A stretch of DNA of 64,000 nucleotides from Gracilinanus agilis. Taxonomy: Eukaryota. The translations under genes were made by a program, and so were the position numbers. Where the stretch lies: positions 596,459,840-596,523,839 of the forward strand of contig NC_058130.1 of the NCBI RefSeq assembly GCF_016433145.1, read 5' to 3'. The notes beneath the pieces are model-generated. The model saw only the letters and a list, made by a program, of their open reading frames with translations, was not told the DNA's origin and searched no databases. Below are positions 1 through 12,042 of the stretch, piece by piece; within the stretch, counting starts at the first letter, position 1, and each line of letters begins with the position of its first letter.

Positions 1-555
1 GGGGAGGGGCTGCTTGGACATAACTGTTTGAGGGTTTCCTTGACCTTATCTATCCTTATTCCTTCTCCCATCCTTTCTCTTTCCACCTTTCATAAAACCT
101 TTTATCAATTGGGAGCAGTGCCTGGATATATATTTTGGGAAATACTCACAACCTCCTCAAGTTGAGTTCTTCTTTCTTTGTAGCCCTGAAGTAAATCTTA
201 TCATCTATGCCTGTGAGACATCAAGCTTCTCCTATTCTATCCTGTGGGGAAATAATTTAGAGGAAGTTATCATCTTTAGGAGTTTAGTCTTTCCTAACCT
301 ACTGTCCGGGCCGAGAAGATATCTAGTCAGATCGTCCATCATATCCATATTGTAACTGACTTTCTAACTGCCTAGTGGGAGGGGGGAAGTGAAGGAGTAC
401 TTTGACAAGATCCTGCCCCTCCCTTCAGTCAAATCTGCTTGTGGGTGTGTCCCTCCATTGACCAAAGGATTAGAGAGACTTGATTGCTCTAGACCCCAGA
501 TATTTACTGCTTCCCAAATACAATAGGTGAAACCTGAGGGTTGTTTTGGTTCACA
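1..555. mobile_element. LTR-like segment (ERV LTR, truncated by window start) abutting an L1 relic
   Basis: GC-richer than its flank and ends in ...ggttcaCA at 555, followed at once by L1 ORF2-type sequence. No internal ORF. Confidence 0.55.
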
Positions 556-1205
556 TTTCTTTTATGTTATTTGGAACATTCTTTCATGTATTTGAGAATG
601 CTTTGTGATTCTTTAGAGAATTATTTGTTAATATCCTTTGACCACTGATTTAATGGGGGATAGCTATCATTTATATATGTGTTAATTATTTGTATGTCTT
701 AGATACTAAATTCTTATCTGAAAAAATTTATATGAAGTTTTTCCCCCCATTTTACTGTTTCCCTTCTTCTAGGTACAACAATTTTGACACTGTAGAAACT
801 TTTCAGTTTCATATAATCAGTTATCTGTTTTACATTTTATAATTTTTCTTAATCCCATGTATATGATATACTTCTAATATTTTTATCATATAATCTTTAT
901 ACTAAGGTCATGCTTCTATTTGAGAATTATTGTGGAACTTGGTATAAGATGTTATTCTGGGCCTAATTTCTCCCAGACTGTTTTCCAGTTTTCCCAGGAG
1001 TTTTTATCAAATAGGTATTTCTTTCGTAGGTAATTTATATTTTCTGCTTTATCAAAACTGGATTATTGAATACCATGATTTCTGATTCTCACTTGTCTAA
1101 CCTGTTCTGCTGACTTACTTCTCTATTTTTTAACCAATGTCAGACAGTTTTGATGATTGTTGCTTTGTAAGGCAATCTTAATCAAACATTTCCTGGTATT
1201 GCATT
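556..1205 (-). mobile_element. L1 LINE fragment (3' part of ORF2), degraded
   Basis: Typical antisense L1 ORF2 text (ttttccagttttcccag, ggtataagatg, ctttgaccac). No intact frame. Confidence 0.8.
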
Positions 1206-1669
1206 TGCAACTGCCAAAATATTTTACAGATATTTAAAGCAAAGATTATTTAAAAAAATAGAAATTTTAAAGAATTCATGTGGTCTGAAAAGAGCTAGAT
1301 GCTCAGAGACACAGTGTGCCCCATAACAGGTGATGCTGAGTAGTAGTCACCATCACCATCATTATTCTTAATGATACTTTGAGTTGAAACAGTATCTTTC
1401 TCAGTAGCTGTCAAAGTATCTGGCATGTAATTCAGTAACTCACAATATTTTGTTGATGACAAGGGGCAGATGTAGTTGAAGAAATTGCAGTGCTGACTAT
1501 TCTCTACATCTCCCCTCTCTGGTATTATAGGTCAAGCTGTGATGAATCTACTTTAGTCTTTTTTTTTTTTTTCCCTTTCCTCTTCTCCAACCTGTAGTGG
1601 TAAATAGAGGCTGGCATTTCCTTCCTCCTCCAATAGGCACCATTATCATATCACTGCAATAACTGAGCT

Positions 1670-1679
1670 TGGTTTTCTC

Positions 1680-1712
<33 letters not shown>

Positions 1713-1870
1713 TTCCTTTTCTCTCTCCCTCTTTGTTTCTGTATCTCTCTCTTCCTCCTTCCCTCCCTCCTGGCTCTCTCTCTATCTTTCTGTCTCTGTC
1801 TCTCTATCGATCTGGTCCTGTCTGTCTCTCTCCCACCCCATTTCCTCTTTCTTACCTTCCTTCTACCATT
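1670..1870. repeat. CT-rich low-complexity tract with (CTGT)n
   Basis: Direct reading. Explains the Ser/Leu-rich ORFs at 1669 and 1685. Confidence 0.9.
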
Positions 1871-2724
1871 TACCTTGGGTAGCTCAAATTATGCCTTCCC
1901 CAGCAGCTATTCAATTTGTTCTGAGGACTTGATACAAGTGAAGTATTTAGAGTGAGGGAAACCTAGAAGCTCATATGGAGACAGACTCTTTGGAAGTGCA
2001 AAAGGAAATACCATAACAACTGTGGTGAAAGGTATCCTAGAGAACAACAGAAAACTAGGAAGTATGTCTTAGGAAAAAGAATCATGGACTTTTAAGTTAG
2101 AAAATCTGGGTTTCAGTTCTGCTTCTTCAATTTAGTGACATTTGTGATATTTGCCTCACAGTGCTGTCATGAAGAAATGCCTTTATAGCTATCTTCATTC
2201 CAAGGTAGGAGAAGGAGCATAAATAATGAATAGGTAGATGACTTCAAGAGCCAGAAAAACCTGAATTTAAAATCCACATTTGATAAATACCAGCAGTTAC
2301 TCTTATTACTCTATGCAACTCTAAGACTAAAAGTCATGGAGAAGGTACTAATCTTCCTAGATGGAGTCTCTTGAAAGTTCCTTATATCAATGAAATCACA
2401 GGACTAGTCCCCATTATAATCCCTGTTATTCCAGAAGAGCTGATAGAGCTGGATAGAAAGGTAAAGACCCAAGAGGGGAATGATCCAGTATAGCCTTGAT
2501 TTTTTTAGCCTTTTTAAAAAATTCTGTAATTTATCTGACCTTACAGTCAGGTAGACTGTAAGAGCTGGAAAAGACCTGATAAATTATCTAGTCTAAACTG
2601 TTTGTTTTACAAATGAGGAGATTTAAAATCAAAGAGGTATGATGGTATGCTTAAAGGCACACAGACAATTAGTGTCAGAACATGAACTGGAATCCACATT
2701 TACTGGCTTCCACTATAGTTCTAG

Positions 2725-2972
2725 TAGAATAGTTGGTATTGTGGAGAGATCATCTGATTCTGGAGTCAAGAAGACATCTTCCTGAGTTCAAACTCAGCTT
2801 CAGACAGATACTACCTGTGTGACCCTGAGCAAATCATTTGACCCCGTTTGCCTCAGTTTCTTCACCTGTAAAATGAGATGGAGAAGGAAAGCACTTCAAG
2901 ATCTTTGCCAAGAAAGCTCCAAACAAGGTCACAAAGAATCAGCCATGACTGAAAAATGACCACCACAACAAC
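2725..2972 (+). mobile_element. MAR1-type CORE-SINE
   Basis: tRNA-like head, CORE (ctgtgtgaccctgagcaaatc...cctcagtttc...tgtaaaatgag) and RTE-like tail (ctttgccaagaaa...catgactgaaaaatgac). Confidence 0.8.
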
Positions 2973-3843
2973 TGTTCCATTGCCACTATGTTCTCGAAAC
3001 CCTAATAACTGGCAAAATGGGTATTATACCAATATCAAAGAACTATGAGAAAAAAATAAAAACTGTGTTCAGCAAATCCTGTGTAAAGGATTTTTTGGAA
3101 GACATAAGCAGTAACATCTATTGATTGAAAAGTCATGTAACATAGGAAGGCATAGATAGAATACCACCTGTATCATGGAGGAAGTGCCCATATCAATGGG
3201 ATCTTGGATTCAATGAAATGTATTGAGTAGTACATCAGTACCAGCTACTGGCACTTTGAGGGACCAGTCAATGATTACCAATTAGTAATTAGCCATGAAC
3301 TGTCCAAGTTATACCTGAAGTTACTCCTTTATTAGCAAGAGGATGTCTAACATTCATAATTACTTCTTTGGCAGTTTTAGATAGTGCTGGAGGATGGTAA
3401 CAATTTTGGTATCTACTTTACTCCTCCCACTCCAATAAGATATCATCCTATGTTTTGTGAATGCATTGTGGGTTTCCTGAATCCTCTAGGAAAAAGTATT
3501 CCAGGAAAAAAAGTACTAGAAGTTTACATGACTATTAGACAGGAAACTATATTTTCAATGTAGAATGGGTTCTGAATAATCTGGACTCATTTCTTTTCTT
3601 TTTAGAGTTTAACTAGGATGTTTTCTTTTATTTTCTGTTAGTCCCAGCCTGTACTTGTTGAATAGTTGACCTATTCTGTTCTCTAGTGTTCTGATCTATT
3701 TTACTCAATACTTCTCTAAACTTTGATTTGAAGGCAGCCTTTTTATTCTGTAAAACTAGATTATATTGGTTGCTCTAAGAGTTGTATTAAATTCAAATGC
3801 AAATGCAAGTTCAAGTTTTAAAAATTACCTACTCTAACTAGAG

Positions 3844-4036
3844 CAGTGATTCCCAAAGTGGGCACCACTGCCCCCTTGTGGATGCTGCAGCAATCCAGGG
3901 AAGCGGTGATGGCCACAGGTGCATTTATGTTTTCTATTAATTGCTATTAAAATTTAAAAAAAATTAATTTCCAGGGGGCCAAGTAATATTTTTTCTGGAA
4001 AGGGGGCAGTAGGCCAAAAAAGTTTGGGAACCACTT
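3844..4036. mobile_element. hAT/Charlie-type MITE (193 bp)
   Basis: TIRs cagtgattcccaaagt / agtttgggaaccactt. 8-bp flanks aactagag / atctagag (7 of 8 match, hAT-type TSD). Confidence 0.85.
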
Positions 4037-4392
4037 ATCTAGAGCATAATAGTTCATGGAAGTTACAATATTTAAGTAAAATAAAAACCTTTCCCTGCTA
4101 TTTATGAAGTTCACTGTCACCTACAGGGATGTGACACATACACAGATAATGACATTCCAAGCCAAGTGCTAGGTGAGGTCCTAGAAGCCCAAGGAGGAAA
4201 TGACTTAGCAACTGAGCGTGTTAGCTAAAGCTTAATGGAGGAGGTGGCTGGGGAATTGGCTTTTCAAGTATACAAATTCAAAAGAGTGAAGATGGAGGGT
4301 AAAAATTCTATAGGAAATAATATGAGCAAAGATTTGGGAATAAGACAATTCAGGACATATCTAAGAGTTATCCAATTTATCTCTCACTTAGA

Positions 4393-4905
4393 GTTGTTGT
4401 TGTTGGTCCTTCATTTCTAACGAGGACTAATGGCATCACAGGGTGGTATCTTGGTTTGTTTGTGAATTGGATTTAAATGAGGAAGAGTTGACCCAAGTTT
4501 TCAGTCTCACTCTCTCTTCCAGAGTCATCCAAGTTCAGTGGCAAGATAAAAGTCAAGATGACTGGTAATAGCCCAGGATGCAGTGGATGACCTTGGTGTT
4601 TTCAATATCTGACCAGGCTCTAGGAAAATCGACAGTGCCTATTTCAGCTGTCTTCATGCTATTGGAATAAAATATTCTCTTTTGCCCATTCTGCTTAGAG
4701 AAGTCATGACACATCTAGGATAGACATTCCCTCTAATTCACCAATGAGTTTGAGACTTGTTAATGACCCTAGATCTGGTTGAGCTTGTCTGTTGAGACAA
4801 TTTTATGGGGGTATTGTAGCTTCTTGGACTCTCAGGCTAGAGTTGGATATAAGGTAGACAACAAAGGTGAATGAACACCTCTGAAAAAGACTCAGCAATC
4901 CCTAA
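4393..4905 (-). mobile_element. RTE-related marsupial SINE (WALLSI4-like)
   Basis: Begins with a (gtt)n tail, then ggtccttcatttct...gaggac...aattggatttaaatgagg...cagtggcaagataaaagtcaagatgactgg, matching a recalled WALLSI-type consensus. Confidence 0.7.
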
Positions 4906-5089
4906 CAGTGGAGGTGGTGGTCATTCCAGATAGTATGTAGCTGAAAGTAATATGCCCTTAGGATGGAAAAGCAAAGTAGTTTCAGTTTATGGAGGGTCTT
5001 GAATGCTAGACAAAAAAAAGTCTGAACTTCACTTAGGAAAAAACTATTGAAAATCTTTAGCAAAAACGTGACATGATCTGGTCCACACA

Positions 5090-5400
5090 GCATGGATAAT
5101 GAATAGATATCTGACTCATCTAAGGGAGATTGGTTTAGCAGAGGGATGAAGAATTGATGGCAGATACTAAGAGTGGATAGGGGAAGAGCTTCTGGGGGCT
5201 ATTGAATAACGCTGGTAGTTAGTAATGAGGGAGAAGGAAGATCCAAAGATTTTTTTGAATAGAGGATTCTGGGTGAAAGGTGGTGTTACTGATATAGATA
5301 ATGAAGTTCAAAGGAAGATTAGGTTTAGAGGAAAAGGCAAGAACCTTTGTTTGATATTTTGGTTTGAGGAGTAGAGAGAACATCAAGGAAGAGATATTTA
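5090..5400 (-). mobile_element. L2 LINE fragment
   Basis: Purine-rich antisense L2 text (gggagaaggaagatccaaagat, ggtgttactgatatag, gtttgag). Confidence 0.55.
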
Positions 5401-5889
5401 TTGTTTCAAAGCCTCCTGGTACAAGGAGTCAAGTTTTTCAGGAAAGAGGAGTTTTTATATGAGTTTACAATATATGATTATCTTTATTATGACAACTTTT
5501 TCTCATGAGCCAAAACTGGTGCATTGAATATAGAGGGCCCATTCTCAATGGTGAAAGGTTAGAAAACATTTTTTGAATAAAAGTCTGTTTTTTTTCTCAC
5601 AAGTTTTCCTCTTACTCTGTAGTTTGGAGCATTCCATCTAAAATCTCAAAAAGATGCCCTCTTTCTGAAAAAAGGAATTTGTTTGGATGCCAAATTGCCC
5701 CAGGAAAGAAGGAGTTATGTAACCTCATTGTAGTGGGATCTCTATAAGGCAAAATGTGAAATACTAAATAGTATCAGGCCAACTTACTCGCAAACAGGCC
5801 AACTTATTGTTTGTTGTTGTTTTGAAAGCATATTTTGGTATACTGTATATTTTCAAGGCCAAGAACACTCTAAGAATCACAGTTCTAGA

Positions 5890-6065
5890 TAGGTAGTTCT
5901 TAATTGGGGGGGTTGTAAACTTAAAAAATTATTTTGAAAACTATATTTCAATAAATTTGGTTTCATTTGGAATCCTATATATTTTATTCTTTGCATATTC
6001 TAACAGGATACATTTTACCAAACTACCAAAGGAACCTACGACATAAAAAAGGTTGAGAATATTTA
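5890..6065. mobile_element. Ancient hAT-Charlie non-autonomous relic
   Basis: gttcttaattgggg start and aaaaaggttgagaa end. Internal tatttcaataaatttggtttc is shared with the 15455-15670 copy. Confidence 0.55.
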
Positions 6066-6424
6066 CTCTAATAGATTATAGATATAGAAATGGAAGGGAT
6101 CTCAGAGGCCATTTAATTCAACCTTCTTACTTTACAGGAGAAAAAATGGAAGTCTGGAGAAGTCATGTAACTTGCCAATATAACATAAGTAGTATGTGTT
6201 AGAGTCAAGAATTGAACTCAGGGTCTCTAAATTCAGTGCCAGTGCTCTTTCCCTTGTAGTAAAAGTCAAGGTTTTTACTTTAGACTTTTCCTGAAATAGG
6301 GAAGTAGAGTAGGTCAGGAACTTTGGGAACAGGGGTAGTGATATTTTTCTTTAGAACATCAGAATTTGGCAATGATTGATTTAAGAGAACCAGAAAAAGT
6401 GTCTCCAATATATTTAGCCAAAAT

Positions 6425-6665
6425 CCCCTCTCGCCTTCTCTTCTCTTCCCTTCCCTCCCCTTCTATTTATTTCCATTTTCTCTCTCTCTCCCCTATTCCC
6501 CTTTTTCTCTCTCTCTCTTCCCTTCTTCCTCCCCCCTCTCTCTGTCTCTCTTACTCCATCTCTTTCTCTCTTTCCCTTTTATTTCTCCCTCTCCCCCTCT
6601 TTTTCTCCCTTCTCCCTTCCCTCTATATACATATATCTATCCTTCCATCATCCATCCATCTATCC

Positions 6666-6722
<57 letters not shown>

Positions 6723-6755
6723 CCTCTCTGTCTGTCTTATCTATCTATCAATCTA
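6425..6755. repeat. CT-rich tract followed by (TCCA)n/(TCTA)n tetranucleotide microsatellite
   Basis: Direct reading. A pure TCTA run spans about 6670-6722. Confidence 0.95.
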
Positions 6756-6779
6756 TAGGGGAAAATTCTCACAGGATGG

Positions 6780-7510
6780 GAATCTTGTTCTCCTGGCCTC
6801 TCCTGGGGAGATGTTTTGATGCCCACCTCCCTGTCTTCCTCTTAAACAATCTTTTATAATCTTTCCCTTGTGCGGAAATACCTTTGATTTGCACTTGGCT
6901 TCTTACTGAATTGGAAAAGTTGGTTCCATTCTCTTAGCAGGTAAATAGTCTTAAAGCCTTTCATGGTTTTGTCAGCCCTGAAAAGCATTGCATCTGTTCC
7001 AAGCTAAGAGAGGCCAATCTTTTACTGTTTTCAAGTGGGTCTTTCCACCCCCTTCCCTCTTCTATTAAGGGCCCAGTTACAATGCTGCTCTAATCAGCTT
7101 CATTGATTTAAAGCTCATTTGTACTTGGCTTCCAGGCGAAGGTCTGGAGCTCAAGTTGAAGACCTTTAAATCAGAAGTCAGAATGAAAAGCCGTAGGTAG
7201 ATCATATTGTCTGTCTGCTGTGCAGAAGAATGACAGCTTCTGAGCCCTGCAAATTAACTAGAAGAATAAAAGGCCCAGAGACGGGTTTTATCCTGTGTTC
7301 ATGTAACCTCTGCTCACCGAGTTCCACAGCACAGCTAGCCACATTCCTGCTTCATCATGTAAATTGATGGAGCTGCCTGAATATATTTCGGTGTTGTGAT
7401 GTTTTCCAGCAGTCACATTCTGCTTGGTTTCATTTGGATTTTCACCTAATTGCCAAACTGATTCCCATCTGTAATAACTTTTAACATTTATTTTTCCCAA
7501 AGGGAAAAAT
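6780..7510. promoter_or_regulatory. Repeat-free island, putative conserved non-coding/enhancer element with exon-like segments
   Basis: No recognisable repeat, several retained CpGs, Sox-like TACAATG and Hox/Pbx-like TGATTTA close together at about 7075-7112. Conservation is inferred, not shown. Confidence 0.4.
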
Positions 7511-9479
7511 TGTCTTGTCTGTATTCTGCAATTAAGAAGGTGATGAAATATTCAGGGTATGCCTCCACTCTGACTAAATTCTTTTGTTAACTTTATCAGA
7601 TAAACTATAAAATATTAACCAGGCTTCCTGTCTGAGCATGTGCAGGCAGTATAATGTTTGCCAGGCATATTTTTTTTAATACTCATTTAATTTTAAAAAT
7701 TGAATTAACTATTAAATGGATCAGTCTTCCTTCCCTTCTCAAAATCAATGTCACAAGCTTTCATGCTGCTTCTGGCTGCTTGGCACAGGAAGGGGGAGGG
7801 GAAGAGGCTGAGGGTTTTTGTAGATAATTCTATAACTGGAGCTATATAGCATATGAATCCTATTTCTTCCAAAGTTAACAACCTCATATCAAATTAAACA
7901 GAAATAATGCTGAATTGTGCTGATCACCAATAGACATTATCATCGCTTTCCTTGACACATCATTTCTTTACCCCTTTCTGGGTATAATCCTTATATGACT
8001 TAGTGATAAATCCTAGATGGTCTTTGAGATATATAGAGATTTAAAAGCTTGCCCAGCATCACACAACGAATTTTCAGGGACAGGAATTGAACTCAGGTCC
8101 ACTTAACTTCTAGTCAGTTCTTTATCCATTTTACCAACTTCCTTTATGTAGTTTTTCTATATTTATGAAAGGCCAACTAATTTTTACTTTGTCCCACCCT
8201 GAGGACTGTATAACTTCATATCATATATCCATAACCACAGAATCATTGCCAAAATTAAAGGCTAATTGAATATGCTTGTAAAGAATTCCCTTAATCCAAC
8301 TCGTCCCAACATGCACTTTGAACTGAATCGAGGTCAAAATGTAAGCTAGGTGTAAAGCACACTTCAGCTGACAGATGCAGAAGAAGAGCCAGTGATAGTA
8401 CTTAGAAATATCAGGCTTGGTATTGATGAGGCAGAGAACTAACTGCATACTTCTAACCAGCTGAGTGCAGAATGCAGCAGGAAGACTTCAAGAGCTAAAG
8501 TATCTGCATTAGGCAGGCAAAGAATTCATTGAACAGAGCATCAATGATAGATCTATAGAGAACAGATGATAGTGTGGGGTCTCTACACTGACCCAGGTTC
8601 AACTCCACTGCTTAAGTTGACAAATTTAAATTGATTAGTTTGGCACATTGATTAGAGATCATTGTAATTCATGTCACCCATAGGATAAGGACCAGAATTT
8701 ATAATTATCTTTATTGCTGTTATTAATAAAGATAAGCTATTATTGATTATTCTCAGTGGCTATTAATACTGACTATTGATACAGCTCAACAAGGTATTAA
8801 ATACATTCTACCTACCAACTGGGTGAGGATAATTGAAAAGAATAATGAAATTGGAGAAATTGTGCCAAAAAGTGAAGAAAATATGACAGCTCCCTAGAGC
8901 CCCACTTGGCTAGAGTCCTGCAAAAGACAATGTAGTACATCTTTTTGTCCTGTATGTTTTTCACCTTTTTAGTTATGTAGAATGTATGTCTTTCTCTTGG
9001 AAGAGTATTAATTAGTTGTGGGTATGCTTCCATTTTTATTTGCATAGTTATTTGTGTTTTCCTTTTTGCCATTTAGTCTTTAAATTCCTTGGGTCTAGGG
9101 GTAGTGCTTGCTACTTTTTTGAAACCATATGAATAGGCTTGAGATAGAATAAATACTGATTCTTTCATGGACATATTTTTGTATACAGGATCCTGATGAC
9201 ACTATCATATTTTTGAGTGTCAGAAAAAATGGCCACTCTACCATCATTGCCTTTTCGTTTGGATAGTATCTCTGTTTATATCTCTTCAGTACCTGTGGTT
9301 GTAGAGTGTTCATAGTATAATGAAGGCTGAACCTCTAGTCTGAGCTTACATAATAAAGTTGCTACTTGAAATAACAATAATTCAGAAATAATTAATAAAG
9401 ACCCCTTGCCTGTTAACCTTTAAACATAGCCAGAATTTAGTTCTTCATTTATTCCTTCATTAAATCCAATCATTTCTGG

Positions 9480-9720
9480 TTTTATTTATTTCTTTAATTT
9501 AATATTTATTTTTCCAATTACATGTAATAACAATCTTTTACATGTTTTCCAAAATTATAATATTCAAAACTATCTCCCTCCCTTTCTTTTTTCCCCCTTC
9601 CTTGAGATGTTAGCATTTTTATTTGGGTTATACATGTATGATCTTGCAAAACACATTTCCATATTGGTCATGTGAGAGAATACTCATATAAAACCAAGAC
9701 CCTAAAATAAAAACACATGC
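9480..9720 (-). mobile_element. L1 3' terminal fragment
   Basis: Poly-T tail, then tttccaattacatgtaataaca...acacatttccatattggtcatg, typical of a marsupial L1 3' end. Confidence 0.75.
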
Positions 9721-10012
9721 AACATTTATTGATTTACTAAGGTGAAGAAAGAGTTACATGGGATATCCTGGAGGACATGCAATAAAAAAAAACTTGGGTT
9801 CAAATCCTGCCTCAGATATTTACTAGCTGAGAGAAATTGGCAGAATTATTTAACTTCTCAGCGCCTTAGTTTCCTTATGCGTAAATGGGATTAATAATAA
9901 CAATTGCTGTGGCAAAATTGTTGAGACGAACTGGAGAAATAAGATGTTAGTTGATAAACATTTATTAAGCTCCTACTATGTACCAGTCACTGCAGTTATC
10001 ATTAGGAATAAC

Positions 10013-10036
10013 TAATAATAATAATAATAATAATAA
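10013..10036. repeat. (TAA)n microsatellite
   Basis: Direct reading. Confidence 0.9.
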
Positions 10037-11500
10037 CAATAAAGTAAGAAATAAAGAGTCTCTGTCCTCAAGACTAAAACCTGTTGGGGAAATACAATAC
10101 AGAAGAGGAGTTGAAGGCAGGAGTCTGGTGAGGTACCCATGGGGAAGCCTTGTGTAAGGAATGCATCCTGTTGGGAAATGAAGAGTTGTGGGATGGGGTT
10201 AGGTACTTTCCTTAAATGCAGATTCTTGGAAGAGCTTTCCAAGTCTATTCTCTCGAATCAGAGAAAGAGGTGGGGCAGAGGGGTTAGTGATGAGATGCTA
10301 ATTTCAGGTTTGAAGTGATTTTTCAGGATGATGAAGATCCTGGGGCATAATGATGAAGTCAAAATATAAAATGCTTTGGAAACTTCAGAAGGCTATTTAA
10401 ACATCAGATATTAATAACTCCTTCATCCAGAAACTGAAGGAATATTTAGATAGCCCAATACTGATAGAGCCTGCTATGATATTTTTTTTCCTGACAAGTA
10501 GCAAATGCTCATGAGAAATTATGGGAGTGTTTTTTACTGTGTAAATCCTAGTCTAGACAGAACTCACTTCCATAGCTTTTCTTATTCCTAATTTGTTGCC
10601 TTTTGCATTTCTTTGATCAGATTAACTTCCTCAATCTTAAGAAGCCAAAGAATAATATTACTAATGCTAGATGGGGAATTTTGCATAGTAAATAAAATGT
10701 GAGACTCAGAAAAAGGAAGACTTGGGTTCAAATTTTGCTATTAATACTTATTAAGTTGTATGGCCATGAAAAAGTCACTAACTCTCTTTGAATTTCAGGG
10801 TTCTCATCTATAAATGGCATATTATAATAATTGTAGTGTCTACAGATTAGAATATTCCAAAGGAAATAGGTAATCACCAAGCTTTCCTACTGGGAGTAAG
10901 ATAGCTCCAGAGAGAGATGGAAAGAGAGAGGAAATTCTTAAAATCTCCAGTGTGTCAAGCTGAAAAGTTGAACATGCTCAAGGCTCGAGGCCCTCTACAT
11001 ACTGACTTCTTCCATTTCTTTTTCTCCCTTTAGGGACTTTTTGCTAAAGAGAACCTGTAACCCTCATGTCCTCTCTTAAAGCTAGAGCCAGAAAAAGATC
11101 ATCTCCTTTCCCAAGCTCTTGTCTATGCTGTACCTCTTGTAGGAGTGGAGCATTGATTAATTATTTTCTCCACTAATGAGAAGAGTTTTATGCAAAAGAT
11201 CAGACTTGAACCCCATAAGATCATAGATCTAGAACTGAAAGTGACCTTAAAGTTCTCTTACTCCAAATCCTTCACTTTAAAGTTGAGGAAACTGAGGCCC
11301 AGGGAAGATAAAGACTTGCCCAAAGTTATCTAGATAGTAAATGATTGATGTGGGATTTGAATTGGAGTAATTGGACATCAGAGTCATTGGTCTTTTATAT
11401 GTACCATGTCCATCATAAACTATTTCTCTTGATGTGGTACTATGGGATAAGAAACTCTGCCCTTTTGGACACAATTGGATAAATCCCTTTTTTTTTTTTT

Positions 11501-11725
11501 CTGAATCAGTTGTTAAGTTGTTTTTTCAATTTGGCATTTTCTTGGCAAAGATTCTGGAATGGTTTACCCTTTCCTTCTTCAGCTCATTTTACAGATGAGG
11601 AAATTGAGGTAAATAGGGTTGAGTGACTTGTCCAGGGTCACACAACTAATAAATATCTCTGAGGCCAGATTTGAACTCATGACTTTCTGACTCTGGGTCT
11701 AACACTCTATCCTCTATGACATATC
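11501..11725 (-). mobile_element. MAR1-type CORE-SINE
   Basis: ttttcttggcaaagat...cattttacagatgaggaaattgagg...gtgacttgtccagggtcacac...gatttgaactc. Confidence 0.8.
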
Positions 11726-11844
11726 TAAGGAAATGCAGTCATGTAGAAAAAATGCTGAAGTTTGATTCACATGACTGTAATTTAAAGCTCATTTCTACTT
11801 ACTAAATGTGTGACCTTGAAGAAGTGATTTAAATTTCTATTGGT

Positions 11845-12042
11845 GGGGGGCAGTGGGGTAGCTGGGTAGCTCAGTGGATTGAGAGTGAGGCCTAGAGACA
11901 GGAGGTCCTAGGTTTGAATCTGGCCTCAGACACTTCCCAGCTGTGTGACCCTGGGCAAGTCACTTGACCCCCATTGCCCAGCCTTACCACTCTTCCACCT
12001 AGGAACCAATATACAGAAGTTAAAGGTTTAAAAAAAAAAAAA
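11845..12042 (+). mobile_element. Young SINE1_Mdo-type SINE inserted in a MIR relic
   Basis: gggcag..gctgggtagctcagtgg head, CORE and poly-A tail. TSD ttctattgg at 11835-11843 and 12044-12052. Confidence 0.9.

Noticed and set aside
8705-8735. Isolated hairpins (ttatctttatt/aataaagataa here; ttgtgctgt/acagcacaa at about 26988-27014)
   Set aside because: Stems of 9-11 bp are expected by chance in 64 kb of AT-rich DNA and are too short for pre-miRNAs.
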